Shown piece by piece: positions 41,488-50,690 of a DNA stretch of 64,000 nt. Both the position numbers and the translations under genes were made by a program. Under the pieces are notes generated by a model. The model saw only the letters and a program-made list of their open reading frames with translations, was not told the origin of the DNA and made no database searches. The first letter of the stretch is position 1; each line of letters opens with the position of its first letter. The stretch covers positions 2,676,144-2,740,143 of the forward strand of contig CAWKOR010000001.1 of NCBI GenBank assembly GCA_963851325.1. Reading direction: 5' to 3'. Source of the stretch: an uncultured delta proteobacterium. Its GTDB lineage: Bacteria; Desulfobacterota; Binatia; Binatales; Binataceae.

Positions 41488-42119
41488 AGCTTCTGAGGCG
41501 AGTTATCAGCGCAATCGCGATCGTCATTACACTCTCGGCATGCACCCCGGACAAGGCTATGGACTTCGGGCCGACCGGCGAGATCGATACCGCGCCCGCG
41601 GACGAGCTCAGCCGGCAGATTTTGCACGACTTCAATGGACGCGATTTCGAGCTCGGCACCAACGATCGCGAAGCAGTGGTGCGGCTGACCGATTGGCCCG
41701 AGGGCAAGCATGTCATCATCCCATTCTGGCTGGGGATAAATCCGCTGATGCCGTACTTCCACCGTCCGCAAATCGGCAGAATTTACGTGATGAGCGAATC
41801 GGTGATGGTGCGTGAGCTGAGTAAGAATCGCTATCTGATTCGCGCCGGCTCCAAGGCCTTCAAGAGCGATGCGATCTTCGAGGCAACCCATACTCACTAC
41901 GACGGCAGCGGCAAGATGCTGCCGACGGTGGTGCGCTTCGTCGGCACCGAGGTCGCGACCTTAGCCCTCGATGCGCCGCGGACTGGAACTATCACTGAGA
42001 AGGTTCCGGTGCTGCGCGAAATTTCGCTCCCGATGCGTATCGAAGCGGTGAAACCCGGCTACGCGAAGTTCACGGTGATGCAGCAGGTGCCATCACCTCC
42101 GACCGCCGATCGCGGCTGA
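41484..42119 (+). CDS. hypothetical lipoprotein (paralog 2 of tandem pair)
   Basis: Lipobox LSACTP. Blocks IPFWLGINPLMP / THYDGSGKMLPTVVRFVG / PVLREISLPM. Start overlaps the paralog 1 stop (ATGA). Confidence 0.5.
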   Translation: MKLLRRVISAIAIVITLSACTPDKAMDFGPTGEIDTAPADELSRQILHDFNGRDFELGTNDREAVVRLTDWPEGKHVIIPFWLGINPLMPYFHRPQIGRIYVMSESVMVRELSKNRYLIRAGSKAFKSDAIFEATHTHYDGSGKMLPTVVRFVGTEVATLALDAPRTGTITEKVPVLREISLPMRIEAVKPGYAKFTVMQQVPSPPTADRG

Positions 42120-42220
42120 TTCTTGTAATGGCTAAATTGCGCTCGAACCCCAGTCGAAACCGCGATGCCCCGGCTGTTTTGAGCCGCCGTCTGGAGCCAT
42201 TCGATCAGCCCCGGCATCAG

Positions 42221-42622
42221 CTATCTCACGACCACTTGCTTACTGACTGTTACGATGCTGGTCAGACCGTCGCTGCTTTGCTCGGTGCTTGTTTGCGACT
42301 GAAGAGTTTGAGCACCTGCCGAAGGTTGGCACATGAACACGCCCGGGACCGACATGAACATGGCTGAACATATACTTGCGTGTTGAACTCCGATCACGAC
42401 AAACCCCGCGTACCAAGTCCCATCGTCGAGTTGGCCAGTCGAGTATGAGTGCGTCATACTCCAGTTCGGCAGCATGTTCAGCTGCCAATTTACATCGCCC
42501 AGAGATTGATAGCCGCACTCATCGATCGCTATGTAGCATTGCTTTGCAAGTGCGCTGTTAGTCGTCATGAGGATCGCCAGAGCAACCAGTGCAAACTGAC
42601 CGACCATTCGAAGAAATTTCAT
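42221..42622 (-). CDS. hypothetical secreted Cys-containing protein (~133 aa) in lower-GC islet
   Basis: Signal peptide MKFLRMVGQFALVALAILMTTNSALA. No recognisable domain. Local GC is about 52% versus about 65% in the flanks. Confidence 0.4.
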   Translation of the reverse strand: MKFLRMVGQFALVALAILMTTNSALAKQCYIAIDECGYQSLGDVNWQLNMLPNWSMTHSYSTGQLDDGTWYAGFVVIGVQHASICSAMFMSVPGVFMCQPSAGAQTLQSQTSTEQSSDGLTSIVTVSKQVVVR

Positions 42623-43144
42623 TGACCCGCTCCCCGACGAAACTTTTGCATTTCTCTGCGTCCTCGTTCTCGACGGATAGATGCAGGAGCAACTAACCTG
42701 CCAAAGTTCCCTCGTCGCTGAGGTTGGGTTGATCGCCACTGGTGTCAGTGCAAAGCAGACCGTTCTAGCGCCTCGAAAAGTGCATGGAACCAACGGCTCT
42801 CGCCAGCATCGTGAGTCCGAACGATGCAACAAGCAGTTTATCTGACTCGATCGGCAGCACCGGCGGTGAATGAAGGTTGCTCCGGTGCATCGCAAACTGA
42901 ACCGGCGCTACTTGTGGAGCGTTAGGCATTCCTGTTCTGTCCTCAGCGTCGCATACTCAGTCTTTCGCGACCATTTTGTTGGTGCTTCAAATGAGGATTT
43001 CCAAATCATCGTCGCGCCAATCGCTGATCGCGCCGACTGCTGGCCACCCTGAGTTTTGGTCAATCGGCAGGAATCCGCGCTACGCCAAGTGACCGGAAAT
43101 CACCATTTTCGGTATGCTCTTCTGGAAACGCAGTCTGGAGAAAT

Positions 43145-43402
43145 CTAGAGGACTGGAAACACCGCCGCGTCAGTCATCAGGCTTGCGAAGCTCGCCGCGG
43201 TCGGGCGGAAGATTTGCCAGGGTTCGGCGTGGCGGAACCAGATGCGATGGTAGAAGCCTCGCGCCGGATTCCAATCCAGCACCGCGAGATCGATGCGCGC
43301 GCATCCGCGTGACTTCGCGATCTTCGCGACCGCCGCGATGAGCTTGCGCCCGATGCCCGATTTGCGCGCCGACTCCTCGACAAAAATATCTTCGATGTAG
43401 AG
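43145..43402 (-). pseudogene. truncated duplicate of GNAT acetyltransferase 3' half (fragment)
   Basis: About 240 nt that are >90% identical at the nucleotide level to 44308-44548. Encodes ...YIEDIFVEESARKSGIGRKLIAAVAKIAKSRGCARIDLAVLDWNPARGFYHRI... but lacks the N-terminal half. Confidence 0.6.
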
Positions 43403-43490
43403 GCAGAGCGGCGGCACCTGGAGGCGTGATTGCGCAGTCAACAGCTTGGCGGGCCCGTCAATTAAGTAAACGTTGAGAGGTTTTGGACTG

Positions 43491-44114
43491 ATGACAGAAA
43501 GCGACTTTTCAGTTCCACTACGGGTTGAAAGGCTGATGCGGGGATTCCGTCCTCCGTGGGCTATTGCTGGCGGATGGACGATCGATTTGTACCTTGGCCG
43601 CGTTACCAGGCGCCATAAGGACGTCGAGATTGCGATATTTCGAGGCGATCAATGCAAGCTACATACTCATCTTTCACCAGGGTTCGACCTACGCTTAGTG
43701 CGAAATGGCAGGGCCGGTCAGCCAGCTCGTCGCGAGCCGTGGAGTGTCGCGCACCGATTGGAATCGTCGATACATCAACTCGAAGCGATCGATAGAGCTG
43801 ACGGCTTTGTCCTGGAGATCCTGCTAGACGAGCGCGACAACGGCAACTGGCGCTTTCGTCGTAATTTGAGAATTTGCATGCCGCTTGAGTCAGCAATCAA
43901 GACCAGCGAAGTCGCCGCCGTCCCACACATAGCTCCCGAAATCGCACTACTATTCAAAGCAAAGAAACCTCGCGCCGAGGATGAAGCAGACTTTCGCCAG
44001 GTACTGCAGATCTTGCCGACGCAATCGCGAGATTGGCTCAAAGCAGCTGTGAACCAATGCCATCCGGGGCACGGTTGGTCTCATCTGCTAGGCGGTCCGA
44101 ACCGAAGTTCGTAA
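43491..44114 (+). CDS. aminoglycoside 2''-nucleotidyltransferase family protein (ANT(2'')-Ia/AadB-like, PF10706)
   Basis: WAIAGGWTIDLYLGRVTRRHKDVEI closely parallels the AadB core W-GGGWAIDxxLGRVTRKHxDxD (nucleotidyltransferase GS motif + DxD). Confidence 0.75.
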   Translation: MTESDFSVPLRVERLMRGFRPPWAIAGGWTIDLYLGRVTRRHKDVEIAIFRGDQCKLHTHLSPGFDLRLVRNGRAGQPARREPWSVAHRLESSIHQLEAIDRADGFVLEILLDERDNGNWRFRRNLRICMPLESAIKTSEVAAVPHIAPEIALLFKAKKPRAEDEADFRQVLQILPTQSRDWLKAAVNQCHPGHGWSHLLGGPNRSS

Positions 44115-44287
44115 GAAGATCGTTTGTGGAGATGATGTTTTGCAATCTCAGTCTCCAGAATGCCCTGAATTTACATCGATTACAAAAGTCCTTACGCCTA
44201 CCTCGCCAAAGATCCGGCGTACGAACTCGAACCCGAACTGGATCTACGGCTGAAGTGGCTTCCGTACACCCTCCACATTCCGGATTT

Positions 44288-44791
44288 CTAAGCGACTGGA
44301 AAATCCGCGCCTTCGTCGATCAGGTTGGCGAAGCTCGACGCGGTCAGGCGGAAAATCTGCCAGGGCTCAGCGTGGCGGAACCCGATGCGATGGTAGAAGC
44401 CCCGCGCCGGGTTCCAATCCAGCACCGCGAGATCGATGCGCGCGCATCCCCGCGACTTCGCAATCTTCGCGACCGCTGCGATGAGCTTGCGCCCGATGCC
44501 CGATTTGCGCGCCGACTCCTCGACGAAAATATCTTCGATGTAGAGGCCTGGCTTTCCTTCCCAGGTCGAGTAGTTCGGAAAGAACAGCGCGAAGCCGGCC
44601 GGCTTGCGATCGACTTCCGCGATTAGAACTTCGAAGCGGCGAGTAGGCCCGAAGCAGTCGCGAAGTACGTCGGCCTCGGTAATCTTTACCTGCTCGACTG
44701 GTTCCTTTTCGAAGATCGCCAGCGCGCGAATGAAGTGTACGATCAGCGCCGCGTCGCGCTCGGTTGCCCAACGGATGCGAGTCTCTGCCAT
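44288..44791 (-). CDS. GNAT family N-acetyltransferase (diamine/SSAT-like)
   Basis: Acetyl-CoA binding motif A (VEESARKSGIGRKLI), STWEGKPGLYIEDIFV. Start taken at the internal Met MAETRIRWATE. Confidence 0.8.
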   Translation of the reverse strand: MAETRIRWATERDAALIVHFIRALAIFEKEPVEQVKITEADVLRDCFGPTRRFEVLIAEVDRKPAGFALFFPNYSTWEGKPGLYIEDIFVEESARKSGIGRKLIAAVAKIAKSRGCARIDLAVLDWNPARGFYHRIGFRHAEPWQIFRLTASSFANLIDEGADFPVA

Positions 44792-44833
44792 CAAAGGTTC
44801 CTCGCTATCAGAGACGATCGATTTCACGGCGTA

Positions 44834-46210
44834 TCAAGACCTGCCCGCTTCCTCGGGCGATATCGTTTCGAGTTCCAAGCCCGCGGTTTCGGGAAAGAAC
44901 AGCAACATGATGATTCCGGGCACGAACCACGCGAGCGTCACGTATCGAATCGCGACCCAATGCGACCCGGTCGAGCGAAACAGCAGCCCCTCGAGGAAGA
45001 AGCCCAGCGCGCCGCCGGTGGTGCCTGTGACTGCCAGCACACTGCCGGCGGTTGAGCGGTAGGAGGTCGGGAACAGCTCCGCACTATAGGCGGTTCCGAT
45101 GGTGCTCGAGGCGACATCAAAGAACAGCAGAAAGATCCAGATCGGAATTACCGCGCTGAACGAGGTGCCAAAGACCGGCAGCGTGAATCTCGCCGAGCTG
45201 TACGAGGAATACAAGAAGATCGCGAGCAGCGGCGCCAAAAGGTAGAAAAATGCGCCCATCCGGCGGCGTCCGAAACGATCGCTCATCCGCCCGGATACGA
45301 TATTGCCCATGATGCCGAGCGCGCCGCCGATGAAGTACAGGCTGGAAACATTGCCCGGCGACCAGCCATGCGCTTCCTGCAAATACTTCGAGAAGAAAAA
45401 TCCCTGCGGGTTCCCGCCCAGGTTGCCCGCGAACGACGCCGCCACCAGCATCAGCAAGCGTCCCGGATACGCGCTGAACAGCGCCTTCAAGGGCGCCAGG
45501 ATGTTGCGCGGCCCGCTCCCTTCTAGCTGTTCGCGCTCGAAGCGCCGGCTCTCCGGCAACGCCCGACGCAACGGAATGATCAGCACCAGTGGAATCAGCG
45601 CCAGCGCATACAGCCCGCGCCATCCGTATGGAACTACGTTGATGCCGGCGAAGGCCAGCGCCGCGATCCCGAACCCGACCGAGGATAGTGCGGCGAGCAG
45701 ACCGATGGCCCATCCGCGCACTCCGGCATCGACCTCCTCGGACAGGATCACGAGCGCGATGGTTCCTTCCGCGCCGGCAAAAACGCGCGCCAGCATTTGG
45801 CATGCGACGAAGACGTTTGCGTTGGGAGCGATCGCGGCGAGGCCGGTGAAGAGCGTGTAGGCAACCACGGTGTAGAGCAGCAACCGGCGGCGGCCGAAGA
45901 CGTCGGCGAGCGGGGTTACCAGCAGCGAGCCGATGTAACCGAGACGGATCAGCGTGAGCATGTTGCCCAGCGCGCGTTCGGAAATCTGGAGGCCTTTCTG
46001 GATCTGTTTCAGCGCAAGAGTCAGCAGCGCCCGATCATACTGATCGAAAAATCCAGCCGTGGTCGCGATCAGAAAAACGCGGCGCTGACGCTTGGTAAAT
46101 GGTGGCGTTCGGCCAAAGAATCCGAGTGGGATGCCCCAGCGTTCTTCCTCCGGTGAAGCTTCGATGGTGTTCTGTTCGGCGCCATCGACAATCGGTAACG
46201 GCTCGCTCAC
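44834..46210 (-). CDS. MFS transporter
   Basis: 12-TM MFS with motif GRMSDRFGRRR. Confidence 0.85.
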   Translation of the reverse strand: MSEPLPIVDGAEQNTIEASPEEERWGIPLGFFGRTPPFTKRQRRVFLIATTAGFFDQYDRALLTLALKQIQKGLQISERALGNMLTLIRLGYIGSLLVTPLADVFGRRRLLLYTVVAYTLFTGLAAIAPNANVFVACQMLARVFAGAEGTIALVILSEEVDAGVRGWAIGLLAALSSVGFGIAALAFAGINVVPYGWRGLYALALIPLVLIIPLRRALPESRRFEREQLEGSGPRNILAPLKALFSAYPGRLLMLVAASFAGNLGGNPQGFFFSKYLQEAHGWSPGNVSSLYFIGGALGIMGNIVSGRMSDRFGRRRMGAFFYLLAPLLAIFLYSSYSSARFTLPVFGTSFSAVIPIWIFLLFFDVASSTIGTAYSAELFPTSYRSTAGSVLAVTGTTGGALGFFLEGLLFRSTGSHWVAIRYVTLAWFVPGIIMLLFFPETAGLELETISPEEAGRS

Positions 46211-46261
46211 AAGGCCTCCCCGCTTGAAATGATCGAGTAGTCAGATTTCACGTCAGGTGGC

Positions 46262-47548
46262 CTATTCAATCGCCATCGGAAGCGCGGCAAGTCCACGCAG
46301 GAAGTATGAGCCCTTGTATTGCAACTTCGCGCCGGGCTCCCGCAGCCGGAGATGGGGAAACCGCTGCAGCATCGCAGAGAATGCAATTTGCGCCTCGAGG
46401 CGGGCCAGCGGCGAGCCGATGCAAAAGTGGATGCCCTCTCCGAAGGCCAGGTGATCATTGGGATCGCGCGTAATGTCGAAGCGATCGGGGTCCGGGAACT
46501 GGGCCGGATCACGATTGGCCGCCGCCAGGATCACGAAGATCGGAAATCCCGCCGGGAAAAACGTCCCGCCCAGTTCGATGTCGCTCTTGGTGAAGCGCGC
46601 GGTCGATTGCACCGGCCCGTCATAGCGCAGCATCTCCTCGATCGCGCGCGGCAACAACGACGCCTCGCGTTGCAGCATCTTCATCTGATCGGGATTGCGC
46701 CCCAGCGCCAGGGTTCCGTTGCCGATCAGGTTGGTAGTGGTTTCATTTCCCGCCAGCAACAGCAGGATGACGAAGGCCATCAGCTCGTCGGCACTCAACG
46801 CTTCGGATTCGGTATGCGCGGTGACCAGCGCGCTGACCAGGTCAGGCCCCGGGGTTTGGCGCCGCTTCTCAATTTGCGCGGAAAAGTAAGCGCGCAAATC
46901 GTCCACCGAGGAGGTGAATTCTGGCGGCACCGGATTTCCCGGCAAGGTGTTGTCGCCGGCGATTATCGCATCGGACCAGCGCTTGAAGGTCGCGTAGAGG
47001 TCGCGCTCGACCCCCAGCATCTCGGCGATCACCATCACCGGGAGCGGATTGGCAAGGTCGCCCATCACCTCGAAGCTTCCCCGTTCGGCGACTTTGTCGA
47101 GCAGCATGTTGGTGAGCTCGCGGATGCGCGGCTCCAGCTCGCGAATTCGCCGCGGCGTGAAGTCGCGGCTCACCAGCTTGCGCAGGCGGGTATGCACCGG
47201 GGGGTCCGAGAAGAGCATCGTGGGCGCACCCTTGAAGGGCCCACGTTCTCGTTCCATCACATCGAGCTCTGACTCGCGGGCGGGACGCGCGCTGGAAAAA
47301 TGCTCCGGGTCCCGAAGCAGCTTCAGGCAATCCTGGTAGCGCGTGGCAAGGCCGGTTGGCAGCGGAATTTCTTTGACGCCCGCGCCCTCGATACCAAACA
47401 TCTTCAGCAACTCGGGAGTCGCCGGGATGGTGATGTTGATGATGCGCGGAGGCCCGGCCAGCATCGCCTTGTAATGCGGATAAGGATTGGCCCGAAACTC
47501 CGGGTCCCATTGATTGAAATAGATTTCTTGCGCTGCTGATTCAGGCAT
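46262..47548 (-). CDS. cytochrome P450
   Basis: Heme-binding FGEGIHFCIGSPLARLE, ExxR and I-helix AGNETT. Confidence 0.9.
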   Translation of the reverse strand: MPESAAQEIYFNQWDPEFRANPYPHYKAMLAGPPRIINITIPATPELLKMFGIEGAGVKEIPLPTGLATRYQDCLKLLRDPEHFSSARPARESELDVMERERGPFKGAPTMLFSDPPVHTRLRKLVSRDFTPRRIRELEPRIRELTNMLLDKVAERGSFEVMGDLANPLPVMVIAEMLGVERDLYATFKRWSDAIIAGDNTLPGNPVPPEFTSSVDDLRAYFSAQIEKRRQTPGPDLVSALVTAHTESEALSADELMAFVILLLLAGNETTTNLIGNGTLALGRNPDQMKMLQREASLLPRAIEEMLRYDGPVQSTARFTKSDIELGGTFFPAGFPIFVILAAANRDPAQFPDPDRFDITRDPNDHLAFGEGIHFCIGSPLARLEAQIAFSAMLQRFPHLRLREPGAKLQYKGSYFLRGLAALPMAIE

Positions 47549-47776
47549 GACTGCGCGCCTCCTCTAGAAACGAGGTTTCAGGTTCGTGACCGAAGCAGTG
47601 TACCTGCTTGGGCAACGACTCGGCTATCAGCAATCTCGATGCCGTCGGGCCAGCGCGGAAACGCCGACAGCGGGCAGGGAACTCAATTCAAAATAGCAGA
47701 AGTCTCGTGCATGGTCGCGGCTGCACGCAGCAGGCGCGCGGCATAAGTCAGCCGAGGAGCCGTAATGCGATGGAGC

Positions 47777-48994
47777 TTACGCTGCAACCATCGGCAGAGC
47801 CTTCAGGCTGCGCACGAAGAACGACGTCTTGTAGTCCAGCTTGGGTTGGCCGTCGAGCCGGAGTTGCGGGAAGCGATCCAGCATACTGCCGAAGGCGACC
47901 GCCCCCTCCAGCCGCGCCAGTGGGGCTCCCAGGCAGTAGTGAATTCCTTCGCCGAAGGAGAGATGATCGTTTTCCTCGCGGGTGATGTCGAACACGTCGG
48001 GGCGCTCGAATTTGGCGGCGTCGCGATTGGCCGATCCCACCATCAGGAAAACGCCGCTGCCCTTTTCGATCAGGGTGCCGCCAATTTCGGCCTCTTCTTT
48101 GGCGGTGCGAAAAACCGACTGCACCGGGCTGTCGTAGCGCAACATTTCCTCGATTGCGCGTGGCAGCAGCGTCGGATCGCGGCGCAGCAGTTTCATCTGC
48201 TCAGGATGCTCCTGCAGCGCCAGCATCCCGTTGCCGATCAGGTTGGTGGTGGTTTCGTTGCCCGCGATCAGCAGGATGACCAGGAATTGCATCAGTTCGC
48301 CGGCGCTCAGCATTTCCGTATCTTCGTGGGCGGAAACCAGCGAACTCATCAGGTCGGTGCCGGGATGACGGCGCCGACGCTCGATTTCCTCGGCAAAGTA
48401 ACCGCGCATCTCGACCAGGTTGCCGCGCACTGAGTCCGCCATCGGGGTACCGGGCGGCAAACTGGTCAACTCGATCAGCGTATCCGACCAGCGCTTGAAG
48501 GTTTCGTAGCGTTCACCCGGAATGCCGAGAATGCTGGCGATGATTCTGACCGGAAGCGGAATCGCGAAATCAGCCACCAGATCGAAGTGGCGCTTCTGTG
48601 CGACCTCGTCAAGCAGCGCATTGGTGAGCGCGCGCACCCGCGGTTCCAGTTCGCGGATCGCACGCGGGCCGAAATCGCGGCTGACCAGCTTGCGCATGCG
48701 GGTATGAATCGGCGGATCGGAACTGACGATGCTGGGCGCGTCGCCGAAGACTTCGGCGGTCTCGGTCGTCATCCGATTGCGCACCGGCACGCTGGAGAAG
48801 CGGATTTGATCGCGCAACGTCGCCAGCACGTCGGCATAGCGCGAAATGATGGCGACCGGAATGAAGAAGCGCAGCACCGGGGGCGGGCTGGTTCGAAGCG
48901 GCTGATAGAAGGAATAAGGATTGCGCCGAAAATTCTCGTCCCATGGATTGAAGGTCAGTCCAGCGCCGGCGGCTTGCTCAGCCATTCCACTCAT
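47777..48994 (-). CDS. cytochrome P450
   Basis: Heme-binding FGEGIHYCLGAPLARLE and I-helix AGNETT. Paralogous to the downstream P450. Confidence 0.9.
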   Translation of the reverse strand: MSGMAEQAAGAGLTFNPWDENFRRNPYSFYQPLRTSPPPVLRFFIPVAIISRYADVLATLRDQIRFSSVPVRNRMTTETAEVFGDAPSIVSSDPPIHTRMRKLVSRDFGPRAIRELEPRVRALTNALLDEVAQKRHFDLVADFAIPLPVRIIASILGIPGERYETFKRWSDTLIELTSLPPGTPMADSVRGNLVEMRGYFAEEIERRRRHPGTDLMSSLVSAHEDTEMLSAGELMQFLVILLIAGNETTTNLIGNGMLALQEHPEQMKLLRRDPTLLPRAIEEMLRYDSPVQSVFRTAKEEAEIGGTLIEKGSGVFLMVGSANRDAAKFERPDVFDITREENDHLSFGEGIHYCLGAPLARLEGAVAFGSMLDRFPQLRLDGQPKLDYKTSFFVRSLKALPMVAA

Positions 48995-49656
48995 TAAATT
49001 TCCCCCCGCGATCCATATCGGCTTTCTTCCTTTGCGCCAAGGATTTCCCGTGCGGTCCTTTTCAGGTCGTCCAGCGACCTGACCAAATCGGGGGGGTCCG
49101 GCTCGTCCGGGTCGAGCAACGCGCGCTCCAGCGCCATCGATTCCAGTTTCCCGAAGGCGATCTCGACCACGCGCGTCAAACGCTCCGCGCGATCCGGCGG
49201 CGCAAGGTCGTCATCGAGAAATTTCGCGAACGCCTTTCGAATGCCGATGGCAAGCCTGCGATTGGTCTCGCGCACCGCCACCCGCAGTATCGGTTCGGTG
49301 CGGCTGGCCACCAGCAGCTCCAGCCATGCGTAGAAGCTGGGGCCGCGGAACGCAGTCCACATCAGGTCGATCAGCGTCTCCACCCGGAACTCCAGTCCCC
49401 CGATAGGAAGCTCCTCGAACGCGAATTCAAGTTCGGCGAGGCGGCGCGCGCAAATATGCTCCAGCGCTCCGATCACAAGTTCTTCCTTGTGCCGGAAGTG
49501 ATGCACCTGGGCGCCGCGCGAAACTCCGGCGCGCCCCGCAATCTCTGTAGTCGTGGTCCCCGTATACCCCCGCTCATTGAGGCACGCGATGGCGGCTTCC
49601 AGCAGCCGCTTGCGCGTTTCCGCGCTACGTTCCTCCTGCAGACTACTTCGAGGCAT
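48994..49656 (-). CDS. TetR/AcrR family transcriptional regulator
   Basis: N-terminal TetR HTH (GYTGTTTTEIAGRAGVSRGAQVHHFRHKEEL). Stop overlaps the P450 start codon by 1 nt. Confidence 0.85.
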   Translation of the reverse strand: MPRSSLQEERSAETRKRLLEAAIACLNERGYTGTTTTEIAGRAGVSRGAQVHHFRHKEELVIGALEHICARRLAELEFAFEELPIGGLEFRVETLIDLMWTAFRGPSFYAWLELLVASRTEPILRVAVRETNRRLAIGIRKAFAKFLDDDLAPPDRAERLTRVVEIAFGKLESMALERALLDPDEPDPPDLVRSLDDLKRTAREILGAKEESRYGSRGEI

Positions 49657-49787
49657 AAAACTCGCCAGAGAGTTTTATGACATACCGTACTGGATGTTGC
49701 AAACAGGCGAGAATGTCTACTTAAAGTCTAATAACGCGGAGGAGGTCGGATGGCTAGTCCCGCTTCGCCAGATATCCGACCAAACCG

Positions 49788-50591
49788 CTATTTTCCTTGG
49801 AAATTCGGACGCCGCTTCTCCAAAAATGCCTTGACCCCCTCCCGATAGTCCTCGCTGTCGAAGCATTGCGCGACCAGCGCGGCTACCGTCTTGCCGTTGC
49901 GATGTTCCGGGTCCTTGAGCGATTCGCGAATCGCAGCCTTGGCCGCCAGCATCGTCAGCGGCGCGTTGGTCGCCATCTTGAGCGCATACTCGCGAACCGC
50001 TTCCTCCAACTGCGCGCTGTCGACCATCCGATTGACCAGCCCCATCGCGAATGCCTCTTCGGTATCGAACAGCCGCGCCGACAGCAGGATGTCGCGCGCA
50101 TTGGCGGGGCCGACCACATTGATCAGCGCGTTTACGCCATCGAGCGGGTAGGCGAGGCCGAGCCGGGCGGCGGGAACGCCGAAGCGGGTGCCTCGCGCGG
50201 CGATCCGGATGTCGCATGATAACCCGACCTGCAGACCGCCTCCGATGCACACCCCCGACAGCATTCCGATCACAGGCTTGGGTGACTCGGTCATCGCGGC
50301 GATCGCGTTGTTAGGGGCGTCGCGATAGGCGCGCGCCTGCTCTGCATTCGCACGCATCGCGGGAAATTCCGAAATATCGGCCCCCGCGATGAACGCTTCG
50401 GGAGTCGCGCCGCGCATGATGATCACGCGCACCGCGGGGTCGGCGTCGAGTTCCTTCATACCCTCGGCGATGCGCAGCCAACTCCGCAGGTTGAGCGCGT
50501 TGCGGACCTCGGGGCGATTGAGGGTCAGCCATCCGAGCGGCGGCTCATGGGTTACAATCAGGGGATCGCGCGTGCTGTGATGTTCGCTCAC
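49788..50591 (-). CDS. enoyl-CoA hydratase/isomerase family protein
   Basis: Crotonase fold (AFIAGADISEF..., GGGLQVGLSCDIRIAA). Confidence 0.85.
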   Translation of the reverse strand: MSEHHSTRDPLIVTHEPPLGWLTLNRPEVRNALNLRSWLRIAEGMKELDADPAVRVIIMRGATPEAFIAGADISEFPAMRANAEQARAYRDAPNNAIAAMTESPKPVIGMLSGVCIGGGLQVGLSCDIRIAARGTRFGVPAARLGLAYPLDGVNALINVVGPANARDILLSARLFDTEEAFAMGLVNRMVDSAQLEEAVREYALKMATNAPLTMLAAKAAIRESLKDPEHRNGKTVAALVAQCFDSEDYREGVKAFLEKRRPNFQGK

Positions 50592-50690
50592 GGAAATGTC
50601 CTCGGGTTAGACTGTCGCCATGCTGCGCATCACCCGCGCCGAATGGCAAGGGTCGGGGGCGTCTGAAGGCGCCTCCAAAAGCAGGCTTCG

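Noticed and set aside
46319-47272. 317-aa + strand ORF
   Set aside because: Antisense to the cytochrome P450 at 46262..47548.
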